Positions 25,492-33,439 of a stretch of 33,439 bases of DNA are shown one piece after another. The position numbers and the translations under genes were made by a program. The notes below the pieces were generated by a model. It was given only the letters and a program-made list of their open reading frames with translations. It had not been told where the DNA came from and made no database searches. Origin of the DNA: a virus (taxonomy: Duplodnaviria; Caudoviricetes); IMG/VR virus record IMGVR_UViG_3300037116_000086, positions 1 to 33,439 of that record. The stretch is one strand, 5' to 3'. How positions within the stretch are numbered: the stretch's first letter is position 1; each line of letters begins with the position of its first letter.

Positions 25492-26418
25492 TCAGATCTC
25501 CTTTCCCTCATTAACCAGCGAGAATCGCCGGCTCAGACTCACCGAGCTGTAGGCCTCGACAACCTCTGGCCTCTCTTCCTTGAGTCGCTTTTGATCTAGC
25601 CGACTGGTCTCGACAGCCTTCCAGCTTGCCGCTATCTCCCCATTCACTGATCCCAACTCTGCCTTCCCGAGTAGTGCCATCAGGCCAGCCTTGGCCCTTG
25701 TCTCCTCTCGCTCGGCCTCCTTCTTGGCCAGCTGGGCGCGGCGCATGTCCAAGACTAGGCTCGCGCCGTCGTCGCCAAGGTCCACGGACTCCGGGTTGCT
25801 CTCCGCGTAGGCCTCCTTGAGCGCTTCTATCTCGCTCGGGACGCCTATCGCTGGCGGGGACACCCTGGGGACCACGTAGCGGGTCCAGAACGCGCCCTCA
25901 GCCTCGATAAGCATCCTTCCGACCTCTCGGTCGCGCGCGATCTCCTCGACCTGTAGCGCCATCCTGTCGCCCCTCAGCACGGCCAGGTAGCACTTCCCCA
26001 GGTTGCAGACCTCCAGGGAGTGCTGAATCTGGATCTGGACGTAGTCCGGGGTGCCCTCGCGCCAGGACCAACCGGAGGTCGCCTTGGCTTCGTAGAGGCA
26101 CAGCTCAGGGTCAATTACCAGCCCGTCGATCGTGGCCCGCATCCACGGGAACTCCCGGTGGGTTACGCACAACTGCCGAGAGTTGACCACAAGGCCCGTC
26201 TTCTTCTCGAACCGCTCCGCGATGACGGGCTCCAGGGCCTTTCCCAGCTCCATCGCCTCGCTGGTCTCGTCCGGGAGTTCGCCCAACTTGTCCAGCCACA
26301 GCTCCACGGGGGTGCGGAAGGCGTCCAGCCCGAGGATCACCGCAGCGTCCGAGCCGCCGATGCCTCCACGGCGCCAGGCTAGCCACTCGTCGCGGTCGGG
26401 GATGACGAGCTCGCTCAT
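25492..26418 (-). CDS. YqaJ/lambda-type exonuclease (RecE partner)
   Basis: EWLAWRRGGIGGSDAA.ILG, G..LEP.IA..F, ATIDG, EAK, Y..Q.QH. Confidence 0.93.
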   Translation of the reverse strand: MSELVIPDRDEWLAWRRGGIGGSDAAVILGLDAFRTPVELWLDKLGELPDETSEAMELGKALEPVIAERFEKKTGLVVNSRQLCVTHREFPWMRATIDGLVIDPELCLYEAKATSGWSWREGTPDYVQIQIQHSLEVCNLGKCYLAVLRGDRMALQVEEIARDREVGRMLIEAEGAFWTRYVVPRVSPPAIGVPSEIEALKEAYAESNPESVDLGDDGASLVLDMRRAQLAKKEAEREETRAKAGLMALLGKAELGSVNGEIAASWKAVETSRLDQKRLKEERPEVVEAYSSVSLSRRFSLVNEGKEI

Positions 26419-26684
26419 GGTGTCCACCTCTCGACCGAGTAGCAGCCGCCAGCAGCAGCCAGGATCATCAGCCCGCCGATCCAGGCGGGAAGGCCGAGCC
26501 CCCAAACGTCATAGGTCGCCAGGTACGCCACCGCAAGGCTCATCAGGACCACGGAGAAGCGCACCACGTTGATACGCCGCACCCTGACCTTATTTCGCCT
26601 CGCGCGCACCCGCGTGTTGCCGTGGAGTTGGTCCTGGATCTCGGCCCACTCAGGCCGGTCGGGGTTCATCCAGTCAGCCATCAC
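26415..26684 (-). CDS. Two-TM membrane protein
   Basis: Basic stretch followed by two hydrophobic helices. Confidence 0.6.
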   Translation of the reverse strand: MMADWMNPDRPEWAEIQDQLHGNTRVRARRNKVRVRRINVVRFSVVLMSLAVAYLATYDVWGLGLPAWIGGLMILAAAGGCYSVERWTP

Positions 26685-26946
26685 AATCTGCCAGGGCAGC
26701 GCGGAGGACGCCGAAGCCGCTGTCGCACTCCGAGCAGATGCCCCACGGTGGCGGCTCGGCTGTGTCTAAGTGCCGCTGCACCCTGCGAGCCGCCGCCACG
26801 ACCCGCCTCAGCCGATGGATCTCGTGCCGAGCGTCGGCTTCGCCCTCGTCGTACCCCACGGTCCAGTCGTCGCGGTCGTCGTCGGCGAACTGCTCGGGGT
26901 AGGGAGGCTCGGTGTCGGTGTAGGCGCTGACGTAGTAGACGCTCAT
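26674..26946 (-). CDS. Hypothetical protein
   Basis: GAGGTG RBS; ATGA overlap. Confidence 0.6.
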   Translation of the reverse strand: MSVYYVSAYTDTEPPYPEQFADDDRDDWTVGYDEGEADARHEIHRLRRVVAAARRVQRHLDTAEPPPWGICSECDSGFGVLRAALADCDG

Positions 26947-27152
26947 TCGGTCACCTCTTCGGGGAGCAGCCCCCCGGGCGCCCAGTAGCGCGTCGTCAGC
27001 TCCTGCCGCAGTTGGGGGAACGCCTCCGTCAGCCGCTCCGTATTGTCGGAATCCGCCTTGAGCATCGCACAGAAAATCAGAGCAGAAAATCCCGGGTCCT
27101 TCTCGCGTAGCTTCAGCGCCTCGCGGTAGGCGTAGAGCCCTCCAGCGGCCAT
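26943..27152 (-). CDS. Conserved small phage protein
   Basis: F.ALI..AM.KADSDN..RL..AFP....EL..RY.APGG.L; AAGGAGG RBS. Confidence 0.7.
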   Translation of the reverse strand: MAAGGLYAYREALKLREKDPGFSALIFCAMLKADSDNTERLTEAFPQLRQELTTRYWAPGGLLPEEVTE

Positions 27153-27715
27153 CAGCGTGTCTCCTCCTTCAGCGCGGCCCTAAGCCGCCGGGTCAGCGCC
27201 CGGTCCTGCCACTTTTTCTCAGCGTCCCTGGCAGCGTCCCCGGCAGCGTCCCCGGCAGCGGCCCAGGCAGCGGCCCAGGCAGGGTCCCAGGCAGCGGCCA
27301 ACTCCTGCTTCGTGGCCTTCCCGTTGGCAAACTGTCGCGCGACCCCTATCGCATTACGCGGCCTCGGGTCGCCAGGCACGGCCCTCGCGAAGGCGGGCAG
27401 CACCCGCTCGGCACAGTCCGCCGCGAACAGCCGCAACTCCCGGCTCACATCCACCGGACCCGCCAGCCGGACCCGGCGCGTGGCGCAGGCCTTGCTTTCG
27501 TCGGTGAGCACGTCGCCTTCCAGCCGGACCCGGCTCACCCAGGGGCCGGGGGTGTAGGCGAGCGCAGCCAGTGGTGATTTGCAAGCATGGAGGCCGACCG
27601 CGCACAACTCTAACTTCGTGCCGCCGGGTAGCTCCTCGACGGGCTTGAGCGGCCAGCCGTTCCGGCCCGTGGTTCGGGTCTCCGTGAAGTGCCAACCCGT
27701 GTATTGCACGGCCAT
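27152..27715 (-). CDS. Imm5-like ('putative immunity') domain protein with AAW/AAGD repeats
   Basis: LC..GLHAC..P..AL.Y; RLFAADCAERVLP.F....PGDPRPR.AI.VAR.FANG. Confidence 0.7.
   Translation of the reverse strand: MAVQYTGWHFTETRTTGRNGWPLKPVEELPGGTKLELCAVGLHACKSPLAALAYTPGPWVSRVRLEGDVLTDESKACATRRVRLAGPVDVSRELRLFAADCAERVLPAFARAVPGDPRPRNAIGVARQFANGKATKQELAAAWDPAWAAAWAAAGDAAGDAARDAEKKWQDRALTRRLRAALKEETR
27220..27299 (-). repeat. 12-bp tandem repeat, about 6.5 copies (gcagcg[t/g]ccc.g)
   Basis: Seen directly; encodes AAAW-DPAW-AAAW-AAAG-DAAG-DAAR-DA. Confidence 0.85.
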
Positions 27716-27750
27716 CAGTCGTTCGCCGTTGTGCTGTTTCTCATGGCGCT

Positions 27751-27779
27751 ACCTTATTCCTCATGGGGAACTAAGTCAA
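27751..27779 (-). promoter_or_regulatory. Sigma70-type early promoter
   Basis: TTGACT-N17-TAAGGT on the - strand; the spacer contains the imperfect palindrome TTCCTCATGGGGAA. Confidence 0.7.
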
Positions 27780-27958
27780 GCCTTACGTTCCAAATCCGTA
27801 ACTTGTGCTCTCGCGGCCTTGAAACGGTCCAAATCCTCATCCAAGACCAGCCAGCGGTCGCCCACGTAGATCGCCCTCAGCTTGCCATTGGAGCAAAGCC
27901 GGGTCACCATCCGCCTACTCATCCCCAGTTCACGCGCTACTGCGCCAGAAGTCCTCAT
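27776..27958 (-). CDS. Helix-turn-helix DNA-binding protein (HTH_17/excisionase-like)
   Basis: TS..VARELGMSRR.V..L...GKL.A..VG.RW.V..EDL..F; TATAGT 8 nt upstream of the ATG. Confidence 0.85.
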   Translation of the reverse strand: MRTSGAVARELGMSRRMVTRLCSNGKLRAIYVGDRWLVLDEDLDRFKAARAQVTDLERKA

Positions 27959-28085
27959 GGGGCTGCACTATACGCCACCGGGAGGGGGAGCAGGCTACTC
28001 AACCGAAGCGCCGCCTGCGAGAGCGCCGACCAGGATAGCCCCAGCCCATTCCGGCCTAGCATCAGCGGGCCGGGAGGGTGCGATT

Positions 28086-28271
28086 CTACCGCTTCCCCGC
28101 CAGGTTGCGATCCTTCCACCAGTCGGCGCAATTCTGGCACAGCTTGGCGAAGTAGAGGGCGCCGGCCGGATCCTGGAAGCCGCCGTACCGCCCGGGCTGC
28201 GCCTTCTCGGCGCAGGTCACTCCGGGATGGCGGTCGAGGCAGAGGCAGCGGCATTCCTTGGGCTCAGGCAT
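28086..28271 (-). CDS. Small Cys-rich protein
   Basis: CRCLC..H...C...LCQNC; GGAGG RBS. Confidence 0.6.
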   Translation of the reverse strand: MPEPKECRCLCLDRHPGVTCAEKAQPGRYGGFQDPAGALYFAKLCQNCADWWKDRNLAGKR

Positions 28272-28560
28272 GCGGCTTCCTCCAAGTAAATCCCTGGGCC
28301 TGCAGCCGATCCGACCGGGCCCGCTCTCGGCACTGGTCCGTGCAGTACTGCTTCGTTCCCCTGACCGGCTGGAAGTGAACCCCGCATCCAGGGCAGAGCC
28401 GAAGTTCCAGAGCCAGCCCAGTTCCGCACCACGGGCATAGCTGGATTCCCTCCGGGTAGGCGCGAACCCGCTTGCCGGTGAGGTGGTCCCCTTGAACCGC
28501 GGCCAGGATCGGAGTTCCGCGTCCTTTGACAGGGCCGCGCTTGGGTCCGGGCTTGGTCAT
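28264..28560 (-). CDS. Zn-finger protein
   Basis: CPWC...CPGCG..F.P......YC...CR.RA. Confidence 0.7.
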   Translation of the reverse strand: MTKPGPKRGPVKGRGTPILAAVQGDHLTGKRVRAYPEGIQLCPWCGTGLALELRLCPGCGVHFQPVRGTKQYCTDQCRERARSDRLQAQGFTWRKPHA

Positions 28561-28778
28561 TTGCGTGCCTCCAGAATCTTTCGGATGGCTGCGTCTGCGT
28601 CGCGCAACATTCCGGTAGCCTCCGAGTCCAAGATCCCCTCCCAGCAGTCAGCGCAGAGCTTGCCTACGATGACCCCATCCGGGCCGAGGAAGGCGAAGGG
28701 GACTGTCGGGTCGCTGGGCCGATGGCAGAAAAGGCACACCAACGCAGCCATGATGTAGTGCTGCCCGGGCTTGGTCAT
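28557..28778 (-). CDS. Zn-finger protein
   Basis: CLFC...LCADC; GGAGGTG RBS. Confidence 0.65.
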   Translation of the reverse strand: MTKPGQHYIMAALVCLFCHRPSDPTVPFAFLGPDGVIVGKLCADCWEGILDSEATGMLRDADAAIRKILEARK

Positions 28779-29065
28779 GGGTTCACCTCCAATATGCGCT
28801 TGGCGATCTCGACCAGCCCCGGGGCGCTATTCGGTCTGCCGGCCAGCACCTCGCCACGGTGGGCCTCCAGGGCCAGCCCCAGCGCATCCCATGCCTCTTG
28901 CTGATCCCGGCTTCTGAACCCATTGCAGGTGCAGGGGTAGCGCGTGTAGCCGCGGCCACATTCCGAGCACCGCTCCGATGCCTCGGGGTGGAGGCAATAG
29001 GTAGCGTGCTCGTCCTCCAGGTGGCCGCAGACGCCGCCGACGATTCTACGTGCGCAGGTACTCAT
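28775..29065 (-). CDS. Cys/His-rich protein, paralog of 18852-19127
   Basis: CAR....CGH...H...CSEC...C.C.GFR...QQEAW...KRILEVNP. Confidence 0.65.
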   Translation of the reverse strand: MSTCARRIVGGVCGHLEDEHATYCLHPEASERCSECGRGYTRYPCTCNGFRSRDQQEAWDALGLALEAHRGEVLAGRPNSAPGLVEIAKRILEVNP

Positions 29066-29298
29066 GCCGCCCCCTCCTTAGCCTTGGCGTTGTTCTTCTT
29101 GCTGATCCAGACGACCCACCAGATCCCAAGCGATAGCACGATCAGACCGCCGAAGATAATTCCTATCCTGCCGAACACGTTGGCGTTCTCCCATGCGTAG
29201 ACGGGCAGGGCGATGACGAAGCCCAGCAGGACGGCGCCCCAGCAGCCGCTACAGCAGCCCTCCCGCTTGACCGTGACGTTGACGTTTTGGTCGGTCAC
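29062..29298 (-). CDS. Two-TM membrane protein, first gene of the leftward operon
   Basis: GGAGGG RBS; GCCSGC followed by two TM helices. Confidence 0.7.
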   Translation of the reverse strand: MTDQNVNVTVKREGCCSGCWGAVLLGFVIALPVYAWENANVFGRIGIIFGGLIVLSLGIWWVVWISKKNNAKAKEGAA

Positions 29299-29366
29299 TA
29301 CAATCCCTCCAAATTCAGCTCTACCGGCTCGCTCCGATCCTCAACCCATACGGTAGCCATAAAGCT

Positions 29367-29413
29367 ATTATGCACATTACCCGTTGACAATGCAAGTGGC
29401 AACATGCTATGGT
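29367..29413. promoter_or_regulatory. Overlapping divergent sigma70 promoters
   Basis: + strand: TTGACA(29384)-N18-TATGGT with TGn extension. - strand: TTGCAT(29395-29390)-N17-CATAAT(29372-29367). AT-rich island. Confidence 0.78.
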
Positions 29414-29452
29414 ACGCGGCGTAATACGGAAACGGTACCGAGGAGATGCGAG

Positions 29453-29818
29453 ATGCCATTATCACGCGGGCAGCATCGCGGACGGCCGGCCATGAGCGCA
29501 AGAATGGCGATCCCAGCCTTGGCAGGACTGGTGGCGGTCACAGGAGCGATTGCGGGATGTGGAGGATCTGCACCGGCTCCAAGCGCAGGCCCGTCCCAGA
29601 GCGCGGTGCAGCGTCAGACGAAGAATTGGCTCAACGGCAAGAACGTAGGGACCGTGACCTCGGTCGTGTGCAACATGCCTTCCGACTGGAAGCCAGGAGC
29701 CACGTTCAAGTGCTTCGTCTACGACGGGACGGCCGGAGTCGGGACGGTGACGAACACGGTTGAGACGTCAGAGGGCAACCAGGCCCGCTGGAACGAGGAG
29801 TTCGCCCCGATCGGCTGA
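29453..29818 (+). CDS. Lipoprotein (possible superinfection exclusion)
   Basis: GAGGAG RBS; hydrophobic signal and lipobox IAG-C; small Cys-paired globular domain. The start could alternatively be 29492. Confidence 0.75.
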   Translation: MPLSRGQHRGRPAMSARMAIPALAGLVAVTGAIAGCGGSAPAPSAGPSQSAVQRQTKNWLNGKNVGTVTSVVCNMPSDWKPGATFKCFVYDGTAGVGTVTNTVETSEGNQARWNEEFAPIG

Positions 29819-29825
29819 ACAGCGG

Positions 29826-29879
29826 AGCGCCCCCGGGGGATCGGGATTTGCTTTCCCGGCCCGGGGGCGCTACCATTTT
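29826..29879 (+). terminator. Long GC hairpin after the lipoprotein gene
   Basis: agcgcccccggg (29826-37) pairs perfectly with cccgggggcgct (29860-71); inner stem tcggga/tcccgg; followed by accatttt. Confidence 0.7.
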
Positions 29880-29953
29880 GTCCAGCCACGAACATGACAC
29901 ACCATAGCAGACGCCCCACCCAAGATCAAACCCCGAGATCGGAGCGCGCCTAA

Positions 29954-30283
29954 ATGAGCGTGCCGATCGTGGGAGGCGTGATCCACAATGGCGGGCCCTC
30001 CCCAGCCGTACTTGGCGTGAAGTGCTCAGAGTGCCACTCACCCGCGACTCAGATCGCCCAGGGTGAACTACGGTGCGAAGCGCACCGGATACCCGAGCCG
30101 CCCAGTCGGGCGAGCGGCAAAGGCAGCCACAGGGGAAGGCTGCGCCGCCAGAGAACCGTAACCAACCGGAACTCAACACCACCGATGGAACGCGGACCAG
30201 ATCCAAAGGCTGAGTTCACCACCAGCCCATTCCGAGATCCAGAGAACACGGTAGGCGTTCCCCAGGCGATCCACCTTCGATAG
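29954..30283 (+). CDS. Hypothetical protein with CxxC...CxxH motif
   Basis: KCSECH...RCEAH; start coupled to a short upstream ORF (29894-29953). Confidence 0.45.
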   Translation: MSVPIVGGVIHNGGPSPAVLGVKCSECHSPATQIAQGELRCEAHRIPEPPSRASGKGSHRGRLRRQRTVTNRNSTPPMERGPDPKAEFTTSPFRDPENTVGVPQAIHLR

Positions 30284-30748
30284 CCCCACTCGACCGCAAA
30301 GCGGGAATGGGTGACAAGGCTACGAAAGGGCTAACCGCAGATACCAACGAAGACCGATGAATCGGCTGTGGATTCGAGTGCGATCTGAAACTCAACTCAG
30401 CTTTCTCTCTCTTCCGGGGGACTTCTCTCTCTCCCTTCCTGTCGATCTCGCCCCAGCGAGCATCGACACCGAGCCGACCGCCCAATGTCAGCTGGCCTCA
30501 CCCGAAGTCAACCGCCCGAGTCGGCTTCCTCCCCGCCAGCACGTCCCTGGAGGCATCGCCGCTAGAGCGGGCAGAGTTACCACTGGGACCGCTCAGAGTC
30601 GCCGAGACGTCACCTGAGCGACGACCAGCTCGAGGGTGACTGGGACTTGGTCCGCCGAGAGACTGAGATCAGCAGCGAGACTGACTGATCTCAGATCAGC
30701 GGCCACCCCAAACCCCGATGCAACCACCATAAGCGGCTAGTGGGCATA

Positions 30749-31444
30749 ATGGCGGACATGACAACCGTCGCTGAACGATTGGCGGCCGGCACGATCTCGC
30801 CCGATCGGATCTGCACGGTGACCTCGCGGCGCGGCCACACAGTCAAACCGCACTTCGCGATCAGAGGCGGCAAGGTATGCGCCAAGCACGGGGCGAACTT
30901 ACCCACAGTGAAGCGGGCCGCCGAGGTAAACGTCCAGACAGTTCGAGCTCGCCAGCTTATGGCAGCCTGGAAGATCCCCCTGGACGCCAACATCGACGCC
31001 GGAGTCGCTCTCAGCGAGGAAGTGACGCGGACCTACTGGACGGTGCGCCACTATCAGGAATGCCTACTGGAAACGGACCCAGAGGCGCACCTGGTCGCCG
31101 CCAGCAGCACCCAGAGGGTAGGCGGTGGCGAGTACGGCGATTGGCTAGACACGACCATAGAGGCGCGTCCATCGGTAATGCTGACCCTCTACAACGAGGA
31201 GCGCGACCGACTACTGGCCAGGTGCCATATCGCCATCAAACTAGGTCTGAGGGAACGCCAGCAGCGCGAGATGGAACGACTAGGCGAGATGGCAGCCCAT
31301 GCCATGCGACTAGCCCTGGTGGTGGATTGGCTGACACCAGCGCAGCGAGACCAACTCCTAGAGTCAGCAGGTAGGCAACTAGGCGTACTGGCCGCCCCAC
31401 AGGTGCTTATTGCAACATCCAAGGCTGCCAAGCGTGGCAAGTGA
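30749..31444 (+). CDS. terS: Terminase small subunit
   Basis: C......G......AIRGGKVC.KHGAN.P.VK (HGG-type motif), LYNEERDRL...C..AIKLGL.ERQ; upstream of terL. Start uncertain (30740, 30749 or 30758). Confidence 0.75.
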   Translation: MADMTTVAERLAAGTISPDRICTVTSRRGHTVKPHFAIRGGKVCAKHGANLPTVKRAAEVNVQTVRARQLMAAWKIPLDANIDAGVALSEEVTRTYWTVRHYQECLLETDPEAHLVAASSTQRVGGGEYGDWLDTTIEARPSVMLTLYNEERDRLLARCHIAIKLGLRERQQREMERLGEMAAHAMRLALVVDWLTPAQRDQLLESAGRQLGVLAAPQVLIATSKAAKRGK

Positions 31445-31658
31445 GATCAAACCAGCTAGTGATAAGAAGTCTTATCAGCAGCTGCGATCTCGGGCGGACC
31501 TTGACTCGCTCTGGGAGTGGCACTGGGCGCTCAACCTGGCACCCGGGCCAGCTCACCCGGGCGCGGATGGTCGGGCCGAGATGACGCCGCAGCCGCCCAC
31601 TTTCCTGGAGCTGGCCGAGGGGTGGGGCACCTCTCTCCCCCATGATTCTCATTTTTAG
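31434..31658 (+). CDS. Possible small ORF between terS and terL
   Basis: GTG overlapping the terS end; weak support. Confidence 0.3.
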   Translation: MASEIKPASDKKSYQQLRSRADLDSLWEWHWALNLAPGPAHPGADGRAEMTPQPPTFLELAEGWGTSLPHDSHF

Positions 31659-31708
31659 GTAGTCCAATTTCGGCCCCTTCGCGTAGGGCGTCGTGCGATG
31701 ATCTGGCT

Positions 31709-33358
31709 ATGAGCGAGTACGGCGGGGCGCTGGAGGCGGCGCAGGCGGCTTCACAGCTGCTGGTGCCCCGGTCGAACCTGACCCGGTGGCACAACGACCC
31801 CGTCCTGTTCGCCCGGGAGTGCATCAGTTGGCCGGTGGTGGATGGGAAGCAGACCGAGCTCAGCGACTACCAGGCCAAGGCGATGAGCGACCTCGTGAGT
31901 TATGCGAGGGTCGCCGTGAGGGCACCCCGAGGGGCGGGGAAGACGGCGACGAACGCCATTTTGGTGCTCTGGTTCGCCCTGACCCGAGATCAGGCCGGGA
32001 TCGATTGGAAGTGCCTGACCACGGCAGGCGCTTGGTTCCACCTGGAGAAGGCCCTCTGGCCCGAGATCAGGCTGTGGTCACGCCGGATCCGTTGGGACGT
32101 GATCGGCCGGGAGCCGTTCGTAGCGGGCGAGGAGATGCAGCAGAGACTTCTGAGGCTTCGCCACGGCGAGGCATTCGCAGGCGCGACGGATGATCCCCAC
32201 CTGATCGAGGGCATACATGCCTCGTCGGTCTTTCTGATCCTGGATGAGGCCAAGGCCATCACGGCCGGCACCTTCGACGCGGTCGAGGGCACGCTCTCGG
32301 GTACAGGCGAGGCATTTGCGCTGACGTCCTCCACCCCGGCCACGCCGAGCGGGCGATTCTATGAGATTTGCACCCAGCAGAGGGGGCTGTCGGACTGGCA
32401 CCCGATGCACATCACCCTGGAGATGGCGGTTGAGGCCGGAGCGATCAGCCGGTCCTGGGCCGACCAGAGACGGTTGCAGTGGGGCGAGTTCTCCTCTACC
32501 TACCAGAACTACGTCATGGGAGAGTTCGCCACCCAGGATGAGGACTCGGTCATCCCTCTCGCTTGGATTGAGGCCGCGATGGAGAGGTGGGAGCTGTGGA
32601 AGACCTCGGGCCAGCCCGCGTCCGGCCGCCTGGTGCTTGGGGTGGACGTGGCCCGGGGCGGCGAGGACAAGACCGCCATAGCGATCAGGCGAGGCGACAT
32701 CGTAGAGGAGCTGCGACGGTACACCCGCACGAGTGACTCGACGGAGACCGTCGGCTGGGTCGTGGCCGCCATGACCACCAAGGGGCTGCCCGACCAGAAC
32801 GCGGTGGCGATCATCGACTCGGTCGGAGTCGGCGGCCCGGTCGTGGACTTCGTTCGCAAAGGGGGCTGCCAGGTGATCGCCTTCAATGCCGGGGCCGCCA
32901 GCGTGCGCCGGGACAAGTCGGGGAGCTTCGGCTTCGTCAATCAGCGCAGCGAGGGCTGGTGGCACCTGCGGGAACTCTTGGACCCGCGCCCCATCGCCGA
33001 TCCCAATAACCCCGAGGTGACGATCCCCACCTGCCGGGTCTGCCTGCCCCGTGACGCTGAGCTGCTGGGTGACCTATGCACCCCTAGGTACACGCTCACC
33101 CACCAGGGGCGCGTTTCGGTGGAAGAGAAGTCCGAAATCCGGAAGAGACTGCACCGCTCAACCGACCTCGGGGACGCGACGGTCCAAGCATTTTTGATCA
33201 CGGGCGCCAACTCGGCGGTGGACCTCAACCAAGCCGCCCGGTGGCACGAAGGCGCCGCCCTCGATCCCAGGGGCCTGAGGACGGCGGTTCGGTTCGACCC
33301 CGGTGGCCGGGAGGTTCCCGGTAGTGCCGCCCGCTACAGCCGAGGGCCGTACGGGTAG
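31709..33358 (+). CDS. terL: Terminase large subunit
   Basis: Walker A RAPRGAGKT, Walker B LILDEA, TP...SG.FY, nuclease LGVDVARGGED, IDSVGVG and STDLGDA. Confidence 0.95.
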   Translation: MSEYGGALEAAQAASQLLVPRSNLTRWHNDPVLFARECISWPVVDGKQTELSDYQAKAMSDLVSYARVAVRAPRGAGKTATNAILVLWFALTRDQAGIDWKCLTTAGAWFHLEKALWPEIRLWSRRIRWDVIGREPFVAGEEMQQRLLRLRHGEAFAGATDDPHLIEGIHASSVFLILDEAKAITAGTFDAVEGTLSGTGEAFALTSSTPATPSGRFYEICTQQRGLSDWHPMHITLEMAVEAGAISRSWADQRRLQWGEFSSTYQNYVMGEFATQDEDSVIPLAWIEAAMERWELWKTSGQPASGRLVLGVDVARGGEDKTAIAIRRGDIVEELRRYTRTSDSTETVGWVVAAMTTKGLPDQNAVAIIDSVGVGGPVVDFVRKGGCQVIAFNAGAASVRRDKSGSFGFVNQRSEGWWHLRELLDPRPIADPNNPEVTIPTCRVCLPRDAELLGDLCTPRYTLTHQGRVSVEEKSEIRKRLHRSTDLGDATVQAFLITGANSAVDLNQAARWHEGAALDPRGLRTAVRFDPGGREVPGSAARYSRGPYG

Positions 33359-33376
33359 GGCTTGCCGTAGGGGGTC

Positions 33377-33406
33377 TTGACAGAGGGGGAACAGTAGGCG
33401 TACCTT
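33377..33406 (+). promoter_or_regulatory. Sigma70-type promoter after terL, probably leaderless onto ATG 33414
   Basis: TTGACA-N18-TACCTT, then 7 nt to an ATG. Confidence 0.55.
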
Positions 33407-33439
33407 TCCTTCTATGTTCACCGCGACTAGCCAAGCCGA

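Noticed and set aside
27776-27958. Excisionase as evidence for an integration module
   Set aside because: No integrase or att-like site nearby; HTH_17 proteins are often simple regulators.
1-33439. tRNA, tmRNA or rRNA genes
   Set aside because: No cloverleaf or T-loop motif seen in intergenic space by eye; tRNAscan/Aragorn would be decisive.

Overview
GC-rich tailed-phage (siphovirus-like) genome segment, read by eye with no database searches. The window starts inside the tape-measure gene. The + strand (1-16560) carries an unusually carbohydrate-oriented tail module: an Ig-repeat hub fused to a GH26 domain, FN3-repeat proteins, a CBM-bearing fibre, a broken GH12 gene and a second free-standing GH26. 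After that come a metallophosphoesterase, a NUMOD4-HNH endonuclease and a lysis region (GH25/DUF1906-like endolysin, holin, Ig protein, papain-like peptidase). A convergent terminator at ~16640 separates this from a - strand early arm (16670-29298): VRR-NUC, C5 methyltransferase, HNH, two G39P-like proteins, a replication initiator with iteron-like repeats, RecT, YqaJ, HTH and many small Zn-binding ORFs. Overlapping divergent promoters at ~29367-29413 precede a lipoprotein, a structured non-coding stretch, and the small and large terminase genes. No integrase, reverse transcriptase, CRISPR array or tRNA was seen. The most notable observations are: (1) a virion-linked set of polysaccharide hydrolases; (2) small early genes joined by perfect repeats that contain the Shine-Dalgarno site, resembling a recombination-shuffled cassette array; (3) a frame break at ~9124-9148; (4) an FN3 domain apparently split across two genes; (5) an orphan Xre/MbcA/ParS-like antitoxin; (6) a candidate ncRNA upstream of terS.
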